64,000 nucleotides of DNA, from assembly GCF_964355755.1 (NCBI RefSeq), contig NC_092673.1, positions 31,865,648 through 31,929,647 on the forward strand. The letters run 5' to 3'. This DNA is from Antedon mediterranea. Its lineage: Eukaryota; Animalia; Echinodermata. Numbering within the stretch: position 1 is the stretch's first letter; each line of letters starts with the position of its first letter. Made by a program: the position numbers and the translations under genes. Below are positions 63,915-64,000 of the stretch, in pieces. The notes under the pieces are model-generated. The model was not told the DNA's origin, made no database searches, and saw nothing but the letters and a program-made list of their open reading frames with translations.

Positions 63915-64000
63915 TTGCCATTTCTGGCATTATTATGCTTTTTGGCATTATTTAGCCGTTTTTAGCATAATCTGGCATAATTTTGTGTTTTTTGAACAAC

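Overview
AT-rich eukaryotic (invertebrate animal) genomic DNA made up mostly of nested, decayed mobile elements. The abundant TAGGCCTA words suggest an echinoderm, but that is inference. The only clearly intact host gene is TRMT10C/MRPP1 (62754-63914, +). The 3' exons of an unidentified spliced gene lie at 107-1354. The main feature is a ~14-kb decayed Polinton/Maverick (adintovirus-like) remnant at ~18987-32800. It contains a protein-primed DNA polymerase B pseudogene with four short phase-0 leader exons, a Maverick-type integrase N-terminus, two inverted copies of a Bcl-2-like gene and an intron-containing ALKBH2-like gene. The PolB, Bcl-2-like and ALKBH2-like genes share upstream sequence blocks, which suggests the last two are element-borne cargo under common control. 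The rest of the window holds L2/Crack- and Rex1-type LINEs, a Gypsy Gag with LTR, a solo LTR, non-autonomous MULE, Harbinger, hAT, Kolobok, Sola2-like and Helentron elements (many with visible TSDs), tRNA-Val pseudogenes, a vertnin-like OTU pseudogene and several hairpin-containing satellites. All homology calls come from motif recognition by eye; no search was run.
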